Below the pieces are notes generated by a model. It was not told where the DNA came from. It ran no database searches and saw only the letters and a program-made list of their open reading frames with translations. Of a stretch of DNA of 64,000 nucleotides, positions 24,969-37,266 are shown one piece after another. The stretch covers positions 62,001 to 126,000 of the forward strand of contig LSRY02000003.1 of NCBI GenBank assembly GCA_001643675.2. Reading direction: 5' to 3'. How positions within the stretch are numbered: position 1 is the stretch's first letter; every line of letters starts with the position of its first letter. Position numbers and translations under genes: made by a program. Origin of the DNA: Monocercomonoides exilis PA203. Lineage: Eukaryota > Protista > Preaxostyla.

Positions 24969-26700
24969 ACCTCATTCCCTTCTCTTTTCTCCCCAGTCAT
25001 CTTTCTCTCCTCTGTCTCTTCTCCCTTTTCCTCCTTCTCCTTCTTCAGAAGCTCCTCCAGCTGCATCCGGAGCTCTTCCACCGTCGCCCTCCCCTTCCCT
25101 TTTCTCCTCCTCTCCCTCCTCCTCTTCTCCCTCCTCCTCTTTTCCTTTGCCTCTTCCTCCTCCCACAGCCTCTCCTCCTCTCCGTCATACCACTCCTTGT
25201 GCAGCGGCTCCTGGAAGATCTTTTCAAACTCCTTTGCCTCCCGCATCTCCTCCCGAATCAGTCGCCTCCTCTTTTTGCTCCATTTCTTCTCCAGCGCTGC
25301 AAATGCCTTGTCTTCTTCTTCTTCTTCTTCTTCTTCTTCCTTCGCCTCCACCTCCTCTTTTCCTCCATCCCCGTCTTTGGTGCTCGCCTTCGCCCCTCCT
25401 CTGTCTTGCCCCATCCGCCTCATCGGCCGCTGGGCCATCAGCTCCATCTCTTTCTGCTTCCACTCGCTCAGGATCATCTCCTTCTTCTGCTTTCGCGCCT
25501 CTGTCGTCTTTTCTCGGTCATCCACCCCGCTGCTGCTGCTGCTGCTGCTTCTGTTGCCACTCCCATTGCCATTCTCACCGTTCGTGGTGGCAGTGGTGGT
25601 GGTGGTAGTGGTGGTGTCAGCAACATCGTAGATCACCTGCCCCCATCGCTGCTGCCTGATGGAGTCCCACCGCAGCCGGCGAAGAAGCAGAGAAGCAGAC
25701 GACTCAGCTGAAGAAGACGAGGCGTCTGAAAGGGAATCACTGCTGGCATCCCTTTCCAGTCCCGTAGCATCGTCCCCGGAACAGCCATTCACCTGCTCTT
25801 CGCCTTCTGTGCCAGCATCAGTCATCATTCCTTTTCTGACATTTTTATTTGCTCCCTTCGCTCTGCTTTCAAAAAGCTTCCTATTCGTTTTTTCGCTTTT
25901 GTTTTTTTCAGTGCCAGCGCAATGGCTTCGTAAAGCACTTCCATTCTTGATTCAATCACAGGTGGGCGTGTGCGTTCAACTATTTCAGCGTCAAAACAGT
26001 CAAACTTTCTTAAAGAATCAAAAGAATAGAAATCTTTTTTGAGTGCAGAAGGATCATCTTTAACAAAAGCATTTTCTGCTCCACTGTTGTGATCATTGTC
26101 CATTTCGCTACTTATCAAATCTGATTTGCCAAAGGATATTTGCTTTTTGCTTTCTTCGGAAACAAGAGGTAATGTGTGCAAGCTATAATCAACTTGTGGA
26201 GGCACATATTTTGTTGATTTGTTTTCATTTTGAGGTAAAATGGTTGTCTGGAAAGATGAATGTTCTTTTGATGGGCTTGTATCAGATTGAAGCGAATGCA
26301 CCAATTGTGCAAACTCAATATTTTTTGATGGAAATGGACGTGATGAAATACTCTGCGAATATTTTGTGATGTCTGTTGCGTGAGTTGTAATTGCTTGAAA
26401 TGAAGACATGTGAAGTGACGATGCAAAAGTTTTATAAAACAGTTGCTGCCCGCTACCCCAAACCTCTGTAATAGAAGAAACATAAATTAGATGTAAATAA
26501 CAATACAAACCATCTTCACAGCCCAAGCAAGCAGATGCATTTTGAAATTTTTTTCGAGAGTCTATTGACGAAGCATCAAAAGGTGATAAAAATATGCATA
26601 TATTAAAAAAAAAAACAAAAAACAAAAAATTCAATAAAATATTATTAATTATACTTTGAATATTAATTATCAAACGACTATTTTTCATACAATAAGACAT
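23774..26700 (-). pseudogene. Frameshifted copy of the hypothetical charged protein at 39607-42537
   Basis: Split into ORFs 25825..26700 and 23774..25828 by A7 versus A8 in the partner copy (~25902-25908). Could be a homopolymer sequencing error. Confidence 0.6.
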
Positions 26701-26930
26701 TTACATCGATTGTGAATAAGCAAATGAATTAATACAAACTCTTAAATAATTTTTCAAGAAAATTTTAGTATTTTGATAGCAAAAAATATTGTATTTTGGT
26801 TCAAATTTCCAAAAAAAAATATTTAATTAACATTTCATTTAAACGAAAGCTAAATATATGTATAACTTATTGAAAGTTTTCAAAGAACAATATTCAAAAA
26901 GACAAAAATAACAAAAATATCATCATCTTC

Positions 26931-27145
26931 TTCATTATATCAGAAAAAACAAAAGTTAAAAATATGGAGAATCCGGGTTTCGATCCCGGTGCCTCACGCA
27001 TGCAAAGCGCGCGATCTACCAATTGATCTAATTCCCCTTGCATGAAAAACAATTTTTTCTTTCAACTTTGTTAATTTGTATTTATGAAAATTATGAAAGA
27101 TTTGCTCTAAATCAACATTTTTCTTTCTTTCTTTCTAACTTTCTT
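26931..27145. repeat. 215-bp tRNA-Ala-containing direct repeat, copy 1 (partner 36804-37018)
   Basis: Same sequence at a constant offset of 9873 bp. Confidence 0.9.
26965..27037 (-). tRNA. tRNA-Ala(TGC)
   Basis: GGGGAAT/ATTCTCC acceptor stem with G3:U70, anticodon arm CGCGC-TT-TGC-AT-GCGTG, T arm CCGGG-ATCGAAA-CCCGG; 73 nt. Confidence 0.95.
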
Positions 27146-28178
27146 TCTTTTTATTTAATTTTTTTTTTTTTCTTGTTTTATTATATTTTCTTTTTTCTTC
27201 GTTTTCGTATCTTATCTTATTTAATGAATTATTTTTTATTAATTCAAATTTTTTCTTTTCAATTTTTCGGAATCAATTGAAGAGAAAACATTTGTTAATA
27301 TCCCCACAAAATATTTAGAAAATTCTTGAAGGTTAAAATCTTTCTATATATAGATTTATATGTTATAACATTATTTGCAGAACAAGTTTTTAATTTTTAT
27401 GATTCAAAATCTGAATGAATTTTTAATTTGAAAGTTTGAAAGAAAGTTTTAAAGTCTGTGTTTCCAAAGCAAAAAAATTAAAAAACTGTGGACAGATGCA
27501 TAATCTCAACAAACTTTGAAATTCCATTGCGATGCAAAACCCAATCATTCACTTTATATGTGTAAACTGCTGTGACATTCAGATATGAAACTTCTTTCTC
27601 CGACGAACAAAGATAAAACTTTTTCGATTTTCGTCGAAACCCGTTGAATCTCATTTTTCAGAGTTTCTCCCAAAAGAATGAAGAATTTTGGAATATGTTC
27701 GTTTTGATGGATGGATAATAACAATAATTCGTGTGACTTTGAGTTCACTGATTGTATTTCTAAAAAAATACGTTGAAAGGCAACTATTAATGGAAGTTGA
27801 GATGATCAAACTGTCCACAGTTATAGAAAGTGTCTTCCATAATACGCATTGACCTCATTTCATTTTTCAGTATATTTGGCTTCAAATTTTGTATTCTGGA
27901 ATATATTAAAAAATAAATAATAAATATTATAATATTCCGTATGTTCAATTATCGAGTCAAAATGCAAATTTGATGAAAATATTCAATTGTCATTTTCACC
28001 TGAAAAGTATTCAAAATAAATTTCAAAAAGAAAAATTAACAAACTATCTACTGTTCGGCAATATTAATAAACTCATATTTTGAATAATTTGGAAAAATCA
28101 ATGGATACTGATATGTTCAATGTAAACCTGTCTGACGCGCAAAAAAATTTTTCTCACGTCCGTCAGTAATTTTCCAGT

Positions 28179-28180
<2 letters not shown>

Positions 28181-28232
<52 letters not shown>
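28181..28232 (+). repeat. poly(T) tract, ~52 nt
   Basis: Directly visible, just inside the left hAT end. Confidence 0.9.
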
Positions 28233-28504
28233 CGAAAAGACTAATCTTTATATGAACTTATTTTAAAATAATACTGATTTTGTGATAATTATTTTTTAAG
28301 TTTTCAGTCTTTTATTTTTTTAACATGTCCCATTAATTGATTTCAGATTCATTATAAAATTGAAATGCTTTTATATCAGAGTTCCCTCACCTCTTAATCG
28401 ATTCTACCTCCTTTTCGGTACAAAAAACTTCATGTTCCAAACAGACTCTTCACCAAATGCTCATGTCTTGTTTGGAGGAACTGAAACTCACAGAGAGATA
28501 TTAA

Positions 28505-30094
28505 GTCGATTGTCCTTTTCTGGTTTGGTGTGAATGGAACGATTTAAATGATGGAAATGAATATGGAGGTGCGTTTTATGTTGAATGCACAAATGCAAAT
28601 CTCACAATCACTTCTTGTTCATTCAGCAATTGTTCTAGTGGTGATGTTTGCGGGGCGTTATATTGTATATATTTGTTAAATGTGAATATCGCAAAATCCA
28701 ATTTCACAAGTTGTTCAGCTGCTCATGGAGGAGCTGCTTACGTTGGCTGGCCACAATCAAATTCTGTTTATTCATTCTCAGAAAACAGAGTGGAAAGTTG
28801 TTCAATCACAAACTGGTGCGGAACTGGTTGGTATTTTGGACTCGATTATAATCCAACAACTGTTCAATTTCAGTTTTTAAAATGCAAGTGCATCTCAAAT
28901 TCGGGTGGTGATTCCACAGGTTCTTTAACATTTACATATCCTCCAAGCAACAAACCGAGTCAATTTTTGGTTAATGATTGTCAGTTTATAAACAACAAAT
29001 TGACAGCTTCTGCAAATTATGGAGGAGCTGGGTTGTGTTGCACAGCGACTTATTCCTGGATGAATGGAATAAAATTCATCACATTCTGTTTCTTCGAAGG
29101 AAATACAGCAACTAATGGCAGAGGAAACGATGTGTTTTTCAATGGTAATTCCATAGCTCAATCTCCGTTTGAGAATTGCGGTTCAACAACCCCAACAAAA
29201 AGAGTGTATAATAATGGAACAGCTGAAAACGCTGAATATAATGGCTGGCTTCCAATCATCAACCAGAACAAAATAGTCTCAAATGGTGGAAGTGATGTCG
29301 ATGCCTGTGGCAAAACACAGCAAAGCCCATGTGCCACAGTGGAGTATGCCCTCGGGTGCGTTGCTCCCTTCAGCGATGCCTCCCTCTCTCTTCTCGTCTC
29401 CACTTTCACTCCCACAAAGACTCTCACATTTCGTGCCCCAAATACAAGAATCACTGGAAATGGCACAACTGCCACCATCATCGCCTCCAGTGGCATTCCT
29501 CAACCACAAAACTCACATTCGCAGTCATCACAATCAACATCATCAAATTCATCATTTTCATCATTTTCATCTGCATCTTCTTCACCAGATCCATCTGCCA
29601 CTTCTGCCCTCTTCCAACAGACCCAGGGCTCCCTCACAGTCTCTGCCCTCGCCATCGCCCACAACTCCACAAACCAAATCACCCCCATCCTCTTCCACCT
29701 CTCCGATAACTCCCCTTCCCTCAACCTCAACACAACCACCATCACCGGAACAACCTCCATAACAATCACAACTCCCCTCTTCTTCCTCACTGCTGGCTCC
29801 CTCGCCCTCAACCACACAGCAATCACCAGTCTCCCCCTCAGCAGCCAAAGCATCTTCCACCTCACCTCCCTCACCGCTCCCCTCACTCTCAACTCCTCCA
29901 ACATCACCGACATCACCTCCACTGCCACCCCCACCAGCTGTGTCCTCTCCTCTGCCACCTCCCCTGCCCTCTCCCTCTCCCTCGCCAACTGCACCATCAC
30001 CAGTATCAACTCAGAACAGTTCAGCCAACAGACTGCAACAGATGGCGGGTGTATCTCATTCGCCTCATCAGCCTTGGCCAACATATTTTTCTAG
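28505..30094 (+). pseudogene. Fragment of a Cys-rich beta-helix/Pmp-like surface protein (transposon cargo)
   Basis: Open frame from 28505 with GGA(F/A)...F.NC repeats, NGRGNDVFF and DVDACG...PCATVEYAL. No proper start or signal peptide; frame broken at both ends. Confidence 0.7.
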
Positions 30095-30699
30095 TGAAAA
30101 ACACAAAGTTCAACGGGTGCGAGATAAATGAAGCATAGTCGGTGAATTTTGAAGAAAGAAAGAAAAAACTCTGAGTGTTTTTCATGATAATGTGATTGAA
30201 GTGAATTAAATGAAAAAGATTGATATACCACCGTTTTTGAGATATTTTCTATTTTCATTTCAATGCATTCTAATGATTTTCAAATAAACTCGTTCGAGTT
30301 ATTTCTGATTATTTATTATTTTGATTTGAAGTTAATAGACTTTTAAAAGATCTTTGGAAATGACGTGTGAAAAAGAAAAATAAATATAGAATTTTCATTG
30401 GACACTGTCAACTCAACTTCAATTTATTGTCTTTAATCTCCACATATAGTTTTCATCAGAGAAACAATTCGTTTCCTGCTTTCGTTTGTGAAATGATAAT
30501 TCATAACAGTCAAATGCAATTCGTTTGAAAGTTATGTGAGTTTATCAACATGAAATAAACACTATGACGAATATTTCAGAATTGTTTTTGAAAACGGATT
30601 CGTGTTGTGATCCATTTATTTCTGATGTTGCAAATAAAATTTAAAAAAAAGTTAAATCAAAGAAGTGCACAGACTTTTAAATAGAATTTTGAAAATTAT

Positions 30700-31000
30700 T
30701 CATCCTAATATTTGATCCCAGTCCATCGTCAATGTGACTTTCTTCCCACAAATATCTCCTTTTCTTTTCTTTGAAGGGTTTCAAGACAATTTTCGCTTTT
30801 TCCAGTTGAAAGAGGAAGATCAAAATCTGAGTCTTCAAAAAATTAATAAATGAATTTGTGTATACATCATTAAAATGGATATCTTCTGTTTTGATTAACT
30901 ATTTGTTTTGTCCAGAAGGAATTATTCAATTTGTGATTCAGTTAATATTGCTTCTTTAACAAATGATGAAGATAAATTGGATCGAAGTTCTCTTCGGAAG
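30700..31000 (-). pseudogene. Possible decayed hAT transposase fragment
   Basis: Broken frames give DIHFNDVYTNSFINF...SDFDLP followed by KKVTLTMDW, resembling the hAT N-terminal region and first catalytic Asp. Weak. Confidence 0.35.
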
Positions 31001-33399
31001 ATGATGAAAAATATTCATTTCTGAATAAGATGTCGAATAAGATTGACGAAAAACACTCTTTTGTTGCAAATAATTAGAATAGAATTTTATTATATTATTT
31101 AAGAACTTTTTTGTTGTGTTAATGAAGAAAAAACAAACAGCATTAAAAGTCAATTTCAACAATAAAAATAAACAAACGATTTCCTGGTGATATGAAGCAC
31201 TGAAAGACAAATAAAATAAATAGATAATAAAGATTTTCAAACTGCCTTCTTTTTTCGTATCTGTCCGTTTTCTTTTTCATATTGTATGAAAAACAAAAGT
31301 TCGAATAAAAAGTTAAAATATCAAACTATTTTGTCATTTATCAAGACAAATGCATCTCATTCGCTTATTCGCATAAAATTTTATTTTTTGATCAAAGTCA
31401 TAGTGACTCTGACTTGACCTGGCAGGAACTGACTGTCAATGACGATCTAAAATTCCTTTTTTGCCTTCACGTCAGTTTCCCATTTTAATTTAAAAATTCA
31501 TTCATTTTTTCTTAAAAAAAAAATAAGTCAGTGACAAAGAGAATTTTTTGAATGCAATAAACAATATGAAAATGAAATGAATAAAGTAAATAATTTATTT
31601 TTGTTTTATTGCTTCTGAAATTACGATAATTAATTACTGACGTGTAAATTTTCGTTAAGTCCGTCAGAAATGAAAATTTTCACGTCAGTTGTCATTACGT
31701 CATACAGGTTTAGTTCAATGAGTTGTTATAGCGGCAAAAATCAGCATAATTGGAGGGGGATATGTTCTCCTTTAATGGAGTTATGATCTATGAGAATAAT
31801 TTCATGATGTTTTATTTATTTCCAATTTTCATTTGCAATAATTAAACTTCGCATTTTTTGCGATTTCATTTTCGAAAATTCATTTCAATAATATTTCTCC
31901 CATATTGATTATTCAAATGTTGAGTTGTGAAAATGTTCAAAGGAAATAGCTGTGTTTATTTCATATTCAACAAATTTGATTCTTTTCAATATTAATGAGA
32001 AATAAAATTTGAAATCAACTTTTTTCTATTGGAAACTTCAGATTGAACATTTGTTTTGCAAATAAATATATGGCACTGAAAAATCTCTGTTCATTAAACG
32101 AATGATTTTTTTTTCCTCCACATCAAATAATGACTCATGAAACAATTACTAAAATTTTGGATTTCAATGGAAAAAAAATAACAAAGCTTATGAAAATTAT
32201 TTTAATTTGAAAGCATACAGGAAAAATAAAAAAACTCCAAAAACAATCACACATGTGATAATTTTTCGTTTTATTTTATCTGTTTGTTTTAAATCGTGAT
32301 ATTTTCAGAAAAGGAATCAAAAAATAAATCCAATTTTTTTTTTGATAAAGATATGTTTGATAATTTTTGATATCATATTTTAATCTGAGATGTGATATAA
32401 ATACCAGTTTGTTTGTCTTTTGCAATTAAACTTTTCAGGTGAACAATCATTGAATCGAAAATTTTTCTGAAAAAATTTTAAATGAACAATAAATGATCAA
32501 AAACATTGTTTAAAATTGATTTTTCTCTATTGGTTTTCTTCTTGTTTTTCTTGTAATTTCACAATCGAATATTTCAAAAAAAGAATATCTGATCACAAAA
32601 TATATCACGCATACTGACATTTTTTTGTTTGTTTCATGTGTGGATTGAGATGGCTTTTGAACAGATTATTAATTATTTCATAAATTAAAAATAGGCATGC
32701 ATATTTTCTCTTGTTTATTCCTTGATAATAATAAAAGTTTTCGTTTTGCTTTATGTGATCATTAGAACGGACTATAACTGAAAAATGAAACAATAGATTG
32801 ATATCCATTCTCTGTCGATCTGTCTTCAAACATAATCTTTTTCTGTTGATTGGAAGAAAGAGTGAGTCACCGTGATGGAAAGAGATGCTCAGCAGATTGG
32901 CTGTTCTCCGCAAATAAAAAAACAGAACTTTTTAATCATCAAGAGCCACAATGATTAATCACATTTTTTTTAATTTTTGAAAGCGATTTCAATTTGTGCG
33001 TTTTGTTCCAAACACATAATTCGTTCCGGTTTTCTTGTGAATGTCACAACACTTATTATATCTTCGTCCTTGTTCCTTCCTTTGAGGAACAGGATGAGCA
33101 GGAGATACCAGACAAACTTCGATAAGTGAGCGATTGCTTTTATCAGAGTGGTTGAAGGTGACAATGAGTGAACCCAAATCTGATTGTCGCTGTTAGTTGA
33201 ATTGATGGGATCTGAGTGATAAAAGAAGATGCTTGTTTTTGTTGTTCTGGGACGCGTGAAAGTGAAAGGAAGGGATGTTGTGTGTTGTCAACTGAAAACA
33301 GTTGATTGGCTATCTGGTGAGAAATAAACCCTAAAATGGGGAATCTTGAAGGTGTGTGTTGCTTATTGGTGAAAGAATAAACCACTTTGCAACGAGAGT

Positions 33400-36300
33400 T
33401 TCAAGAACAATACTTGGCATTTTTGAGGACGTTGCTTAATGCTTGATAGTGAATGGGAGGTGTGCATGGAGGCTGCGATGCTAAGCATTCTTATCATTTT
33501 CAGTTTCCTCATTTCTACCAACATAAATTGAGTTGAATCCTTTGAAGAAAAATAAATGCTCGTCGTTCAATAAATAACGTCTATATATTTTACAAAAGTC
33601 ACAGCATCATTCTTTCAGGGCTGGCCTTCATATTCAGTTTGCAAAAAAAATGTATTGCTTGAAACACCTTGGAGTTCACTGCCTTCAATTTCGTTTTGAA
33701 GAAAGGTGATGCAGTTTCCACAATCGAGACTATCATAAGAATGTGTGCCAGTGAAATGAATTTGTGAGTGATTAACAATCTGCAAAGAAGGACGCTTTTG
33801 AAGGTGTTTAATGTGAATGACAGTTTCTCATTAAGAGAATTGAGTGCGAAAATATAAAAAATGAGCTCTGGTTTCCTCATTTTTGTGAATGGTCTTCCGC
33901 AAATCTTTTTTCTAAAAAAAAACCATAAAAATATTTGTATAAAAAATTCCCCAACTTTCTCACTTCAATAACAAGCCTTTGAGAAGAAAGAGATGGTAGA
34001 CTTTGTGGCAGAAAGGCACGAACATGAAAAGTCTAATTATCTGGGTTCACTTTGCATTTGTTGTTCGACGTCACACAGTCTTCTTCATTTTTTGGAAACT
34101 ATCCTATGTTCAATCTTCTCCATATATTTCAGATATGTCTTAAGTCAATGCATAACAGCCTCCATCTTTTCTCTGTTGCGCAGATTTATTGCTTGTTCAT
34201 GTATCAAGAATGTATCACAATATTGTGTCATTCCTGCTTCAATTATCTCTCTCTTTCATCCACAACCAACTTTTCCTTGCTTTCTTATCCCTTCCTGGAA
34301 AAAGCAATGCACATGTTCCTCCTTATCATTGCTGTGAATTAGAACCTCAATTGCTTCTCTCCACTGTATCAACCATGTTGTCATCACTTCCAGAAGTTGG
34401 CTCAATAATTATTTCTTCCAAACCAGTTGATTATAATAAACTTTCACTTCCGCAATCACTCTTTTCATTCACAAAGTCTCAATTATAAATGAATAAGAAC
34501 AGGGATGATATATTCTCCTTTTTATTCAGCGAGCATTTTAGTGCATCATTAACTTCCAAAAAATTCCAAATATTTCTTTTCCTGTTTCTTCTTCAAACAA
34601 ACTCATTGAAGGTTGGGGCTGCTCCCATTCCATTTTCACATTGATTGGGGCTTGCAAGCGGAAGTCGCAATAACTTTCGATCTTCAACCGAGAAAGAGTA
34701 TTTCAATTGTGTTCCTAACTCCAGGGAAGTTAATAACTCTTATTTCTTGAATCACTGATTGACATACGAATCTTATCATTTTGAGTCTCGCAGTCAGGTT
34801 CGAACCAACTTTTCACCTGTTGATGCTGAAAATAATTGAAGAATTGTCCAAGTGAAGGATGAGATTGTGATAATTTTTTTTTCTTAATTGTAAGAAAAAT
34901 TATTGAGGATTATTAGCGTAGGGATTTTTTTTTTGTTTTATTCGATATCTGTTTAAAGCATATTCTATTGACAGTTCAGAAAAATTGCTTCATATACCAA
35001 ACAATCATCAAAAAAACTTCTTCTACTAATGATAGTGTTTTCGTTGTGAAGATTGATTCTTTTTTTCTGAAGTCCTGAAAGCTATTTTTGTTGCTTAATG
35101 TGTCTTCAAACTTTGTTTTCATTGTTCAAATTGCTTTTTTTCACTTCTTTTGATTCGAATATCAACATTCAAATTTGAATCACTCACTTTCATATTGTTC
35201 ATTGCTTTTCACCTGTTCATGAACTTGCTGACGTTATAGAAAACAAACTGCACAATGTACAGAAGCCAGAAAAAGGATAAAATGAAAAGTTACAATCATT
35301 ATCCTTTTGAGAAACACTCATTTCATGCATTTCCAACAATTTTTTTCAGATTTTCTGATTTGAAATCCTTCTCTTCTGGCTTTCATGTTCCGCTGTTCAA
35401 ACTTCAAACAAGATTAGTGAGTATTATCAAAAGGATCAGATCCTTCTTGTCCTTGTTTTCAGCTTGATTTCAACACTCCAAGATGCTTTCCACCTCCATT
35501 GATACATTCATTGGACACCTTCCTTATGAATTAAAAAGAACAATCTGTCAGAAAAGCCATATATCTTTGATTCTATCTCTTCATTATTTGCAATACAAAC
35601 TTCCATATTCGCTTCCTGAATATCCTTTGAGCATCTTTGTTGAAATACCAAAAATTCTGTGAAGTCAAAATATCTCATTCGAAACTGAATAGCAATGAAA
35701 AATGTAAAATTCTTGAACAAGTTCTTTAATGTTCACTTTGAATTGTTCTAGCCAAGAATATCTATCTTGTTTAAAAATATGATTTTCAGCAGTGAGATGA
35801 TATTCCATTTTGAAGTGGATACATTACAATGCAGCATTCAAATCCATGCAATCAAAGGTCTATTTGTCATTTGTCGTAATGTATGCGTAAAATGAAAATA
35901 TTGAATCAATATTAAATCTGTCTTTTCTCAGCCTTGTCAGAACCTCAATATTATTGATATCCTATATCCATTCTGAGCAAGCTTGTTTTTCCTGTTTCCA
36001 ACCAATGAAGCCTTTTCCACATCAATTCATCTTCTCCTTTCCTTTTCGAAAATTCCTTCCGATTCAAATAGAATGAACTCTCTCCATGATCAACATGTTA
36101 CACACTCTCCTTTCATATTCTAGGGCAAAGGTTATTATGTTGGGGCCTTCTTTCTCCGGAAAAAAAATTCCTCTTTAAAATAAAGTATATCCTTGTTGCT
36201 TGTATCATTCTGATCTGACCCTTCAAAAAAATTACTGAATATGTGGATTGAATGATTCGGATCAATGAAACATGAGTGAGACTATCTTTTATCGTTGCTG

Positions 36301-36480
36301 ACGTATAAATTTCGAATCAAACTTATTTCAAAGAAATTTTTTGTTAACAAAAACGTGAACATTGCTTGTATTCTTTCTTCAACGGTATCTTGTTGGATCA
36401 CAGCAAAACATTAATATATTTCTGATGAATGTTTCCTCTACCTCCCAAATCTCCTTTTCCAAGAGCATTTCAATTTCAAT
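33400..36480 (-). mobile_element. Highly decayed DIRS-like (tyrosine recombinase) retrotransposon
   Basis: Ordered motif remnants on the minus strand: RT-like (LEKEIWEVEETF, ~36450), RNase H-like (DPFDNT ~35425; INFPGVRNTI.../TLSRL ~34700), methyltransferase-like (VNDAL...AMIRRNMCIAFPG ~34300-34550), YR-like (PFTIKH*ATS ~33440). Many stops and frameshifts; ends not found. Confidence 0.55.
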
Positions 36481-36803
36481 CACCTAAAAAAATAAATTAA
36501 CAAAATGTTTTTCACTTCTTTTTCAAATGCATCTGAATGCCATTTCATCGATCTTAATTTTTTTTTTTAAAGGAAAAAAAGAAAGGAATTGATTAGCATC
36601 TGGAAATTTTGATTTTGAATAAGATCGTTATACTTCATGAGAGAATAACAACAAAATTCTGCTTTCTATTTCTCAATAAAAAAGTATAACACCTTCAACC
36701 ATCAATACTTACCAAATAAACCACAAAATAATCTTTTTTAATGGAATTTTCTCCCTTATCTATTTCATTAAATTTTTCCTACAGATCTTGTATACATAAT
36801 TTT

Positions 36804-37266
36804 TTCATTATATCAGAAAAAACAAAAGTTAAAAATATGGAGAATCCGGGTTTCGATCCCGGTGCCTCACGCATGCAAAGCGCGCGATCTACCAATTGAT
36901 CTAATTCCCCTTGCATGAAAAACAATTTTTTCTTTCAACTTTGTTAATTTGTATTTATGAAAATTATGAAAGATTTGCTCTAAATCAACATTTTTCTTTC
37001 TTTCTTTCTAACTTTCTTGGCAAGTTCCAAGTATATGGACCATCGATAAAAAATTTTTTGTATATTTATAATGAAACAAAATGGAATATTAATTTATTTA
37101 AAATTAGTTATTTTTGTCGAAAAAGTGTTTTTAACAATTTTTCATTTTTCTTTTGATCTATCCCATAACATTTTTTATTTTCTTCTGGTTAGAAATATTT
37201 GTTTATTTAACGAAAAAAGCTGTCTTCGAACATAAATGCTGTTATAATAAAAACAGAATTAATAAT
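36804..37266. repeat. 463-bp inner inverted repeat (partner 38914-39376); its first 215 bp are also a direct repeat of 26931-27145
   Basis: Reverse-complement match with a constant coordinate sum of 76180; duplicated 81-aa spurious ORF. Confidence 0.9.
36838..36910 (-). tRNA. tRNA-Ala(TGC)
   Basis: Identical to the other two copies. Confidence 0.95.

Larger units (their letters stand above)
23755..27145. repeat. Arm B of large inverted duplication (partner 39162-42556)
   Basis: Near-identical reverse-complement match including the hypothetical gene and tRNA-Ala. Confidence 0.93.
28123..31712. mobile_element. Non-autonomous hAT-like DNA transposon carrying a captured gene fragment
   Basis: TIRs TAAACCTGTCTGACG / TAAACCTGTATGACG (14/15). 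Perfect 8-bp TSD GTTCAATG at 28115-28122 and 31713-31720. Repeated subterminal CGTCAG/CTGACG motifs at both ends. Confidence 0.88.

Noticed and set aside
27038-27280. MHEKQFF ORFs present three times
   Set aside because: TTG-started AT-rich tRNA flank, repeated only because the DNA is duplicated.
31420-31712. Repeated CTGACG/CGTCAG motifs as a CRISPR-like or regulatory array
   Set aside because: Irregular spacing and short length; explained as transposon subterminal repeats.
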